This document shows positions 30,637 through 38,934 of a stretch of DNA of 64,000 nt, piece by piece. How positions within the stretch are numbered: position 1 is the stretch's first letter; the number at the start of each line of letters is the position of its first letter. A model generated the notes under the pieces. That model did no database searches. It was not told the origin of the DNA and was given only the letters and a program-made list of their open reading frames with translations. Location: assembly GCA_045587545.1 (NCBI GenBank), contig JAZNCN010000028.1:143425-207424 (forward strand), read 5' to 3'. The stretch comes from Candidatus Caccoplasma sp. Lineage in GTDB: Bacteria > Bacteroidota > Bacteroidia > Bacteroidales > G3-4614. The translations under genes and the position numbers were made by a program.

Positions 30637-30664
30637 TCTATAAAAAACTTTTAATTAATATTAT

Positions 30665-32218
30665 ATGAGTACTCAACTTGAAAAAATTAAAGAGCTTATT
30701 GCTCTGCGTGCTGAGGCGCGTTTAGGTGGAGGTGAAAAGGCTATTGCCAAACAGCACGAAAAAGGTAAATATACTGCTCGTGAGCGTATTGCAATGCTTT
30801 TAGATGAGGGCAGTTTTGAGGAGATGGATATGTTTGTTAAACACAGATGTACCAACTTTGGTCAAGATAAAAAAACATTCTTGGGCGATGGTGTTGTTAC
30901 CGGTAGTGGAACAATAGATGGTCGTTTGGTTTATGTTTTTGCTCAAGATTTTACCGTATTTGGAGGTTCATTGTCAGAGACTATGGCCATGAAGATTTGT
31001 AAAGTAATGGACCAAGCTATGAAAATGGGTGCACCATGTATTGGTATTAACGATTCAGGTGGTGCTCGTATTCAAGAGGGAATTAACGCATTGGCAGGAT
31101 ATGCTGAAATTTTCCAGCGTAATATTTTGGCATCGGGTGTTATCCCTCAAATTTCAGGTATCTTCGGACCTTGTGCCGGTGGAGCAGTTTACTCTCCTGC
31201 CTTAACAGACTTTACTCTTATGATGGAAGGAACATCATATATGTTCTTGACAGGTCCTAAGGTTGTTAAAACCGTTACAGGAGAAGATGTAAGTCAAGAG
31301 GATTTGGGTGGAGCAAGTGTTCATGCAAGCAAATCGGGTGTTACGCACTTTACTGCTGAAACTGAAGAGGAAGGTTTGGCTCTTATCCGACAATTATTAA
31401 GCTATATTCCTCAAAACAATCTTGAGGAGGCTCCCTATACTGAATGTACCGACCCTATTGACAGATTGGAAGACTCTCTTAACGAGATTATCCCCGATAG
31501 CCCAAACAAGGCATACGATATGTATAATGTTATTGCAGCTATTGTAGATAATGGAGAGTTCCTTGAGGTCCAAAAACAATATGCAACTAACATTATTATA
31601 GGATTTGCTCGTTTCAACGGACAAAGTGTTGGTATTGTTGCTAACCAACCTTGCCGTTATGCAGGTGTATTGGATTGCAACGCATCTCGTAAGGGTGCAC
31701 GTTTTGTTCGCTTCTGCGATGCATTCAATATTCCTATTGTATCGTTGGTTGACGTTCCCGGATTCCTACCCGGAACAGGGCAAGAGTACAACGCTGTTAT
31801 TCTTCATGGAGCTAAATTGCTTTATGCTTACGGAGAGGCTACAGTACCTAAAGTTACTGTTACTTTACGTAAATCATATGGAGGTTCACACATTGTAATG
31901 AGCTGTAAACAATTACGTGGTGATATCAACTACGCATGGCCATCGGCTGAGATTGCTGTTATGGGAGGTGCAGGTGCTGTTGAAGTTCTTTACGCCAAAG
32001 AGGCTAAAACAGCAGAAGATCCTAAAGCATTTATGGCAGAGAAAGAGGCTGAGTACACTAAATTGTTTGCTAATCCTTATAATGCAGCAAAATACGGATA
32101 TATTGACGATGTTATTGAACCACGCAATACTCGTTTCCGTATTATCAGAGCATTACAACAATTACAAACAAAGAAACTCTCTAACCCCGCTAAAAAACAC
32201 GGAAATATTCCTCTATAA
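30665..32218 (+). CDS. mmdA: methylmalonyl-CoA decarboxylase alpha subunit (acyl-CoA carboxyltransferase)
   Basis: 517-aa carboxyl-transferase sequence ([24 protein letters not shown], and so on). Confidence 0.9.
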   Translation: MSTQLEKIKELIALRAEARLGGGEKAIAKQHEKGKYTARERIAMLLDEGSFEEMDMFVKHRCTNFGQDKKTFLGDGVVTGSGTIDGRLVYVFAQDFTVFGGSLSETMAMKICKVMDQAMKMGAPCIGINDSGGARIQEGINALAGYAEIFQRNILASGVIPQISGIFGPCAGGAVYSPALTDFTLMMEGTSYMFLTGPKVVKTVTGEDVSQEDLGGASVHASKSGVTHFTAETEEEGLALIRQLLSYIPQNNLEEAPYTECTDPIDRLEDSLNEIIPDSPNKAYDMYNVIAAIVDNGEFLEVQKQYATNIIIGFARFNGQSVGIVANQPCRYAGVLDCNASRKGARFVRFCDAFNIPIVSLVDVPGFLPGTGQEYNAVILHGAKLLYAYGEATVPKVTVTLRKSYGGSHIVMSCKQLRGDINYAWPSAEIAVMGGAGAVEVLYAKEAKTAEDPKAFMAEKEAEYTKLFANPYNAAKYGYIDDVIEPRNTRFRIIRALQQLQTKKLSNPAKKHGNIPL

Positions 32219-32224
32219 TTATAA

Positions 32225-33172
32225 TTGATTATGAATAACAGAATAAGAATATATCTCTATATATGTATATCTGTGTTTTTGGGTATTACCACTATTTCGT
32301 GCAACAAAAACGATAAGAATGACGAATCGAAACTCGTAATCAACGAAGTACTGATTAAAAACGTATCTAACTTTCAAGATGATTACGGACAACACAGTGC
32401 ATGGATTGAGATATTTAATAAATCATATGGAAGCGAAAACCTTGCCGCTTGCTACCTAAAAGTGAAAAATGATTTAGGAGAGAAAACATATTTTATTCCC
32501 AGAGGTGATGTTCTTACAATTGTAAAACCTCGCCAACACACACTTTTTTGGGCAGACGGACAACCCAATCGCGGAACCTTTCATTTAAATTTCGTTTTAG
32601 ATGCAGAGAGCGACAACTATATTGAACTGCTTGATTCAGGTAAAAAATTGTTAGATTCAGTTACAGTGCCTGCAGGCAGCCTTGAGGCTGATTGCTCATG
32701 GGCTCGCATAACCGATGGAGGGAAAGAGTGGGAAGTTAAGGGGGGTAATAGTGGTAAATACGTTACCCCAAGTACCAATAACCAGACATTAGACAGCAAC
32801 CCCAAAAAGGACAAATTCTCAAAACTTGACAAATATGGTTACGGTATGGCAATATCAGCTATGACAGTTGTATTTTCAGGTCTATTGATATTGTTCATAT
32901 TATTTAAATTTATTGCTAAAACATCAATTTATTTGAGCAAGCGCAATGCAATGAAAGCCAAAGGAGTTACGTGCGAGAAAGAGGCTAAAGAGAAAAAATT
33001 GGGAGAGGCTCAGGGAGAAGTTATCGCAGCCATATCAATGGCATTGCACGAATTACAAAATGGCGACCACGACTACGAAGAAACTGTGCTTACCATAACT
33101 CGTGTTAAACGCAGTTACTCGCCCTGGAGTTCTAAGATTTATTCTTTGCGCGAAACACCAAACAGAAAATAA
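32225..33172 (+). CDS. lamin-tail-domain / OadG-like small subunit of the Na+-translocating decarboxylase (lipoprotein)
   Basis: Lipobox TISC, LTD-like N-terminal half (VINEVL...IEIFN), a TM segment, and an OadG-like C-terminus (AISMALHE...). Operon context supports the call. Confidence 0.6.
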   Translation: MIMNNRIRIYLYICISVFLGITTISCNKNDKNDESKLVINEVLIKNVSNFQDDYGQHSAWIEIFNKSYGSENLAACYLKVKNDLGEKTYFIPRGDVLTIVKPRQHTLFWADGQPNRGTFHLNFVLDAESDNYIELLDSGKKLLDSVTVPAGSLEADCSWARITDGGKEWEVKGGNSGKYVTPSTNNQTLDSNPKKDKFSKLDKYGYGMAISAMTVVFSGLLILFILFKFIAKTSIYLSKRNAMKAKGVTCEKEAKEKKLGEAQGEVIAAISMALHELQNGDHDYEETVLTITRVKRSYSPWSSKIYSLRETPNRK

Positions 33173-33203
33173 ATTCGTTAACCTACAAAAAACACTTTAA
33201 ACA

Positions 33204-33644
33204 ATGAAAGAATACAAATATATTATTAATGGCAATCCATACAAAGTTTCTATTGGAGACATTGACGACAATATTGCTCACGTTGAGGTTAACGGAACCT
33301 CTTATACTGTTGAGTTGGAGAAAGCTCCTGTTGTAGCTCCAAAACCTGTTGTTGTTCGTCAGGCAGTAGCTCCTACAAAACCGGCAGCACAAACAACCGT
33401 TGTTAATAAGCCCTCTGTTGCTACTTCAGGTAAATCAGGAGTTAAATCTCCTCTTCCAGGAGTTATTTTGGACATAAAAGTAAATGTTGGAGATACTGTT
33501 AAGAAAGGTCAAACTGTCATAATCCTTGAAGCTATGAAGATGGAGAATAACATCAATGCCGATAAAGATGGTACAGTAACCGCAATTAGTGTTAATAAAG
33601 GAGACTCTGTTCTTGAAGGCAGCGTTCTTGTAACAATTGAGTAA
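33204..33644 (+). CDS. mmdC: biotin carboxyl carrier subunit of the decarboxylase
   Basis: Biotinyl motif ILEAMKMEN plus an Ala/Pro-rich linker. Confidence 0.9.
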   Translation: MKEYKYIINGNPYKVSIGDIDDNIAHVEVNGTSYTVELEKAPVVAPKPVVVRQAVAPTKPAAQTTVVNKPSVATSGKSGVKSPLPGVILDIKVNVGDTVKKGQTVIILEAMKMENNINADKDGTVTAISVNKGDSVLEGSVLVTIE

Positions 33645-34806
33645 TATGGGCGATTTTTTAAGTTTTTTAAGTCAAAACCTTGCTGATTTCTGGACCTATA
33701 CCGGATTTGCCAACGCAACACCCGGACATATTATAATGATTCTTGTCGGTTTGGTTTTCATATACTTGGCTATTGCCAAGGAGTTTGAACCTATGTTGCT
33801 TATACCCATAGGCTTTGGTATGCTAATTGGAAATATTCCTTTTAATATGGATGCAGGTCTGCAAATAGGAATATATGAAGAGAACTCGGTATTAAACATT
33901 CTTTATGGGGGAGTTAAATCAGGCTGGTATCCACCTTTGATTTTCTTAGGCATTGGAGCTATGACCGATTTCTCAGCCCTTATCTCTAACCCAAAATTAT
34001 TATTGATTGGCGCTGCTGCTCAATTTGGTATTTTTGGAGCATATATGATTGCTTTGGCAATGGGATTTGACCCAATGCAGGCTGCTGCTATCGGTATTAT
34101 TGGTGGAGCAGACGGACCTACAGCAATATTCTTATCATCAAAACTTGCTCCTAATCTAATGGGTGCAATTGCAGTTTCGGCATACTCATATATGGCTCTT
34201 GTTCCTGTTATTCAACCGCCGGTAATGCGATTGCTAACTAACAAAAAAGAGCGTCTGATAAGAATGAAAGCTCCTCGAGCAGTATCACACACTGAAAAAG
34301 TAATATTCCCAATAGTAGGGTTGTTGTTAACTTGTTTCCTCGTACCTTCGGGTCTTCCATTGTTGGGTATGCTATTCTTCGGAAACTTATTGAAAGAGAG
34401 TGGTGTTACTCGCCGTTTGGCAGAGACTGCCCGTGGTCCGTTGATTGACACTATCACAATTTTATTAGGTGTAACAGTTGGTGCTTCAACACAAGCATCA
34501 GAGTTCTTGACGTTAGATTCTGTTAAGATTTTTGCTCTTGGAGCATTGTCATTTGTTATTGCTACTGCATCAGGAATCTTATTTGTCAAATTCTTTAACC
34601 TATTCCTAAAGAAGGATAATAAAATTAATCCGCTTATTGGAAATTCAGGAGTATCTGCGGTACCCGACTCAGCCCGAATATCTCAAGCAGTTGGATTGGA
34701 ATATGACCCAACAAACTACCTATTGATGCATGCAATGGGACCAAACGTTGCCGGCGTGATTGGTTCTGCTGTAGCAGCAGGTATCCTATTGGGATTCTTA
34801 ATTTAA
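33637..34806 (+). CDS. mmdB: Na+-translocating decarboxylase beta subunit
   Basis: OadB/MmdB-like polytopic sequence. The track start is a TTG at 33637; the ATG at 33646 (MGDFLSF...) is the more likely start. Confidence 0.9.
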   Translation: MSNMGDFLSFLSQNLADFWTYTGFANATPGHIIMILVGLVFIYLAIAKEFEPMLLIPIGFGMLIGNIPFNMDAGLQIGIYEENSVLNILYGGVKSGWYPPLIFLGIGAMTDFSALISNPKLLLIGAAAQFGIFGAYMIALAMGFDPMQAAAIGIIGGADGPTAIFLSSKLAPNLMGAIAVSAYSYMALVPVIQPPVMRLLTNKKERLIRMKAPRAVSHTEKVIFPIVGLLLTCFLVPSGLPLLGMLFFGNLLKESGVTRRLAETARGPLIDTITILLGVTVGASTQASEFLTLDSVKIFALGALSFVIATASGILFVKFFNLFLKKDNKINPLIGNSGVSAVPDSARISQAVGLEYDPTNYLLMHAMGPNVAGVIGSAVAAGILLGFLI

Positions 34807-34825
34807 GAAAGATTATAATAAGTTT

Positions 34826-34856
34826 AAAGGTGGTGTGGCAATGTCATACCACCTTT
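34826..34856 (+). terminator. terminator hairpin after the mmd operon
   Basis: aaaggtggt...accaccttt, a 9-bp stem followed by a T-rich run. Confidence 0.5.
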
Positions 34857-34947
34857 CTTATGTGATTACAGATAGTAAATTTACCCTTATAAATAACATA
34901 TATATGTAAATTTTATCTTACTTTTGTATAAATAAACTTATAATAAT

Positions 34948-35403
34948 ATGGCTGAAACTCGAACAAAGAAGAGGCATAAAGGCGAAGTTCTCAGATTTGC
35001 TATTACAGGCGCATTAGTTACGTTTATACTCTATGCCGTATATCTTCCTTTATCATATATAATGCCAAACTATGTTGGAATTGCTTACTCTATTGGTTTT
35101 ATTGTGAGCTTTATTACCAATTTTGTTTTATCAAATTACTATACATTCCGCACTAAACCTACAATTGATAGAGCTATATTATTTTGTATAGTACAATTCA
35201 TAAACTATATGTTACAGATAATATGCTTTAAATTCTTTATATGGATTGGAGTAAGCAACGTATGGGCTCCTGTTCCTGTATGGGCTTTTATATTCCCTAT
35301 AAACTTTTTAATGATGAGAGTTGCACTGAAATCGGAATCAATAAAAGATTTAATGCATCGTATAATGAATATTGAAAGAAGGAATATCAACACAAAAGAT
35401 TAA
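34948..35403 (+). CDS. GtrA family membrane protein
   Basis: 151 aa, 4 TM, with the GtrA-like motif RFAITGALVTFI...NYYTFR. Confidence 0.75.
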   Translation: MAETRTKKRHKGEVLRFAITGALVTFILYAVYLPLSYIMPNYVGIAYSIGFIVSFITNFVLSNYYTFRTKPTIDRAILFCIVQFINYMLQIICFKFFIWIGVSNVWAPVPVWAFIFPINFLMMRVALKSESIKDLMHRIMNIERRNINTKD

Positions 35404-35485
35404 TATTTAAATTAGCATATATTTTTAATAAAAGATTTATTATTTTTGTAGTTAATAGAGTTTATATAAATAAATTATAATAATT

Positions 35486-35770
35486 ATGGCAAACAAACGT
35501 AACTTAAAAAAAGAGATTAATTTTATTGCTGAAGAGTTAATAGCAAGTTGTCTGTTAAGTGGCGCTTTTATGAGCGGTAACAACGACGATAAGATAGATG
35601 AATTGATAGGACGCACTTTAGATCTTCAAGTAGAGTTTTTATCAAGAATAAATCACCCAAACGGAACTAAAGATACAAAATTGGTAAAAAGCTATTACAA
35701 AGCTTTGATAGCCGATTTTGATAAAAAGGTTGAAGAGATATTAAACGAACTTGAAGCACTAAATAAATAA
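35486..35770 (+). CDS. hypothetical small helical protein
   Basis: 94-aa ORF with good coding appearance and no recognised motif. Confidence 0.5.
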   Translation: MANKRNLKKEINFIAEELIASCLLSGAFMSGNNDDKIDELIGRTLDLQVEFLSRINHPNGTKDTKLVKSYYKALIADFDKKVEEILNELEALNK

Positions 35771-35775
35771 TAAAG

Positions 35776-36228
35776 ATGAAAAAAGTACTTTTTATATCGG
35801 TAATTGCACTATCTGCTATGTTTGCAAGTTGTGCAAAAAAGCAAGCTCAAGCTACAGACGAACCAACAATTTGTGGTAAATGGGAATTGGCGGCAATTAA
35901 TAACAAAGCTATAAATACAACTGAAAATCAAGAATCAGCTTATGTAATTTTTAACCTAAAAGATAGTACTGTTGCAGCGTTTGACGGTTGTAACAATATT
36001 GGCGGTTGGGTTGTTAAAGCAGATAGCGGGAACTTGGTAATGGTCGACTTGGCATCAACACTTCAATTCTGCCCCGAGCAAGGAGAGAGCGCTATGCTTG
36101 GTGCAATCTTAAATGTTGCTGATAAATACAAAATTAATGAGTGCGCAGAACACGGCAAATTCCTTGTATTATCAAGCAGTACCGACTCAATCTCAGCAAT
36201 ATTCAAAGATGTAGCTAAAACTGAATAA
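35776..36228 (+). CDS. META domain lipoprotein (HslJ-like)
   Basis: Lipobox MFASC; GKWELAAINNKAI...FDGCNNIGG is typical of META domains. Confidence 0.7.
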   Translation: MKKVLFISVIALSAMFASCAKKQAQATDEPTICGKWELAAINNKAINTTENQESAYVIFNLKDSTVAAFDGCNNIGGWVVKADSGNLVMVDLASTLQFCPEQGESAMLGAILNVADKYKINECAEHGKFLVLSSSTDSISAIFKDVAKTE

Positions 36229-36249
36229 TAGGCTCTAAAAGAGCAAGCG

Positions 36250-37368
36250 ATGGATTTTTTAAATCTAAATAAAATATCGGAACCATACCGCAAAGAACTT
36301 GTTAAAGCAGCAACAGAAGTTATAAATAGCGGGTGCTACATAAGAGGAGAAAAATGTAAAGAATTTGAAGACCTCTTATGCCGATATTTAGGTTGCAACT
36401 ATGCAGTTGGCACAGGCAATGGATTAGATGCACTGAAACTGATATTCAGAGCCTACATTGAAATGGGAGTAATGACAGAAGGAGACGAGGTGATACTCCC
36501 TGCCAATACATTTATAGCAACAATGATTGCTGTAACAGAAAACAGATTAAAACCTGTAATAGCAGATATAGATGCAACAACACTCAATCTTGACATCAAC
36601 AATATTGAGAAACTAATAACTCCACGAACCAAAGCAATAATCCCCGTACACCTGTACGGGCGATGTTGCTGGAGCAATAAACTCAAAAATATTGCTCAAA
36701 AATACAATCTAAAAATAGTAGAAGACAATGCACAAGCAATGGGAGCTAAAAGCATGGTTTGTGGATTGAAAGAGAGTTATATGTGCGGAGCTTTAGGCGA
36801 TGCTGCCAGTACAAGTTTTTACCCCGTAAAAAACCTTGGTGCATTAGGCGACGGTGGTGCTGTAACTACAAACGATGCCAAATTGGCAGAGGTAGTTAGA
36901 GCATTAAGCAACTATGGGTCAGAAGAAAAATACATACACAAATACGTTGGCATAAATAGCCGATTAGACGAAATTCAGGCAGCAATGCTATGCGTAAAAC
37001 TCAAATATCTTGACCAAGAGAACAGACGCAGAATTGAAATTGCTGAACAATACAACAAAAACATTACTAACAATAAAATAATAAAACCATTATTAGGAGA
37101 GAATGGCGAATATGTATGGCATCAGTATGTTATACGCACAGAAAATCGTAACTATTTGATGCAAAAATTAGAGGAGCAAGGTATTCCAACAATGATACAC
37201 TACCCCACTCCTTTACATAAACACAAAGCCTATAAAGAGTTTAACTCATTATATTTACCTATTGCGGAGAGATGTGCTACTGAAATTCTCAGTTTACCCA
37301 TTAACCCCGCAATGAGTAATAGTGAGGTACTAAAAGTAGCAAAAGCGGTTAATATTAGTTGTAACTAA
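36250..37368 (+). CDS. DegT/DnrJ/EryC1/StrS family sugar aminotransferase
   Basis: 372 aa with [18 protein letters not shown] and [15 protein letters not shown] (PLP lysine region). The stop codon lies inside the heptad array. Confidence 0.85.
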   Translation: MDFLNLNKISEPYRKELVKAATEVINSGCYIRGEKCKEFEDLLCRYLGCNYAVGTGNGLDALKLIFRAYIEMGVMTEGDEVILPANTFIATMIAVTENRLKPVIADIDATTLNLDINNIEKLITPRTKAIIPVHLYGRCCWSNKLKNIAQKYNLKIVEDNAQAMGAKSMVCGLKESYMCGALGDAASTSFYPVKNLGALGDGGAVTTNDAKLAEVVRALSNYGSEEKYIHKYVGINSRLDEIQAAMLCVKLKYLDQENRRRIEIAEQYNKNITNNKIIKPLLGENGEYVWHQYVIRTENRNYLMQKLEEQGIPTMIHYPTPLHKHKAYKEFNSLYLPIAERCATEILSLPINPAMSNSEVLKVAKAVNISCN

Positions 37369-37408
37369 CAACTAACAACTAACAACTAACAACTAACAAC
37401 TAACAACT
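37363..37408. repeat. tandem heptanucleotide array (AACTAAC) x6 plus aact
   Basis: Counted directly: units at 37363, 37370, 37377, 37384, 37391 and 37398. Contains TAA or TAG in all six frames. Confidence 0.95.
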
Positions 37409-37418
37409 GATACCTGAC

Positions 37419-38861
37419 ATGGCAGAATCATTAAGAGGAAAAACACTGAAAGGTATGATATGGAGTTTTGCAGAGAATTTTTCTCTGCAAGGTATTCAAT
37501 TTATCATTGGTATTCTGCTTGCTCGCGTTCTTTCTCCATCGGACTACGGTATGGTTGGAATGTTAGCAATATTCACTGCCGTTTCACAAACACTTATTAA
37601 TAGTGGTTTTAGTACTGCTCTTGTCAGGAAAAACGATAGAACTCAAGCAGACCTTTCAACTACCTTCTATTTTAATATAGTTGTCGGTTTTGTATTATAC
37701 TTTGTACTATTTTTCTCAGGTCCATTAATTGCAGACTTTTATAATACCCCACTCCTCTCAGATTTGATAAAAGTTACCGCAATATCTCTGATACTTAACT
37801 CATTATGTATTGTTCAACAAGCCCTCTTTACAATAAAGATGGACTTTAAGACCCAAGCCAAAATTTCAGTTATTGGAGCATTGGTTACGGGTGCTGGAGG
37901 AATAGCAATGGCATATACAGGATTTGGCGTATGGTCTATTGTATGGCCCGGAGTATTTGGCGGAGCAGTAAGATGTATTTTGCTATGGATATGGGGTAAA
38001 TGGCGACCAACATGGGAATATTCTTGGAAATCGTTTAAAGAGTTATTTGGTTTTGGGTCAAAGCTATTGGCATCAGGACTGATTGATACCATATACAACA
38101 ATATATATCCAATTATAATCGGTAAAAAATTCTCTGCTGCTGATTTGGGACAATACACCAGAGCTGACGGATATGCAAACCTTCCAGCAACAACAGTTAC
38201 CGGAGTGTTAGGCAGGGTTACGTTCCCTTTGCTATGTCAAATACAAGATGACGATAATAGGCTACAATCAACATACCGTCAATTAATAAAACTATCGGCA
38301 TACGTTGTATTTCCCATTATGATTGGTCTTGCAGCATTAGCTAAACCGCTAATCATATTTATGATAACAGCAAAGTGGGCTGAATGCGTTCCTTATTTAC
38401 AAATACTATGCTTTAGTTTAATGTGGTACCCTATACACGCATTAAACCTTAATCTATTACAAGTTAAAGGGCGAAGTGACCTGTTTTTAAAACTCGAAAT
38501 AATTAAAAAAATTCTTGGAGTTGCAGTCTTGATTATTGCTATACCTTTTGGAATTATATGGATGTGTGTTGGACGAATATTTACCTCTATAATTTGTTTA
38601 GCAATAAATACATATTATACAGGAAGACTCATTAATGTTGGTTTTTTCAAACAGATGGGAGATTTACTACCTATATTAATCCTTTCATTATCAATGGGAG
38701 CAATAGTTATTGCTGTAAACCTATTTATTAACGGATTGTTATTACAAATAATTATCGGATTAATTACAGGATTAGTCTATTATTTATCAATATCATACAT
38801 AATTAAATCAAAAGAATTGTTATATTTGCTTTCGTTATTGAAAAAGAATAAGAGTTGTTAG
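37419..38861 (+). CDS. wzx: polysaccharide flippase (MOP/Wzx family)
   Basis: 480 aa, about 12-14 TM, with a polysaccharide-biosynthesis-protein-like N-terminus (GMIWSFAENFSLQGIQFIIGILLARVLSPSDYG). Confidence 0.8.
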   Translation: MAESLRGKTLKGMIWSFAENFSLQGIQFIIGILLARVLSPSDYGMVGMLAIFTAVSQTLINSGFSTALVRKNDRTQADLSTTFYFNIVVGFVLYFVLFFSGPLIADFYNTPLLSDLIKVTAISLILNSLCIVQQALFTIKMDFKTQAKISVIGALVTGAGGIAMAYTGFGVWSIVWPGVFGGAVRCILLWIWGKWRPTWEYSWKSFKELFGFGSKLLASGLIDTIYNNIYPIIIGKKFSAADLGQYTRADGYANLPATTVTGVLGRVTFPLLCQIQDDDNRLQSTYRQLIKLSAYVVFPIMIGLAALAKPLIIFMITAKWAECVPYLQILCFSLMWYPIHALNLNLLQVKGRSDLFLKLEIIKKILGVAVLIIAIPFGIIWMCVGRIFTSIICLAINTYYTGRLINVGFFKQMGDLLPILILSLSMGAIVIAVNLFINGLLLQIIIGLITGLVYYLSISYIIKSKELLYLLSLLKKNKSC

Positions 38862-38882
38862 TTGTTGGTTGTTAGTTGTTAG
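38855..38882. repeat. inverted copy of the heptad array: (TTGTTAG) x4, one unit ttgttgg
   Basis: ttgttag ttgttgg ttgttag ttgttag. The first unit contains the wzx stop codon (38859-38861). Confidence 0.9.
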
Positions 38883-38934
38883 ATTTAGGGAACAAACTAA
38901 TAAAAAGCATTAAATAACTAATAGTTAAAATAAT

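Noticed and set aside
34807-36249. Searched the head of the polysaccharide locus for an invertible promoter and UpxY/UpxZ-type regulators
   Set aside because: No flanking inverted repeats around a TAnnTTTG box were seen. The ORFs here are GtrA-like, a 94-aa unknown and a META lipoprotein. None resembles NusG-like UpxY.
37363-37408. Tandem repeats (the heptad arrays here and at 57371, and the AACC tract at 63057) as CRISPR arrays
   Set aside because: The units are 4-7 nt with no spacers, and no cas genes are in the window. These are simple-sequence repeats.
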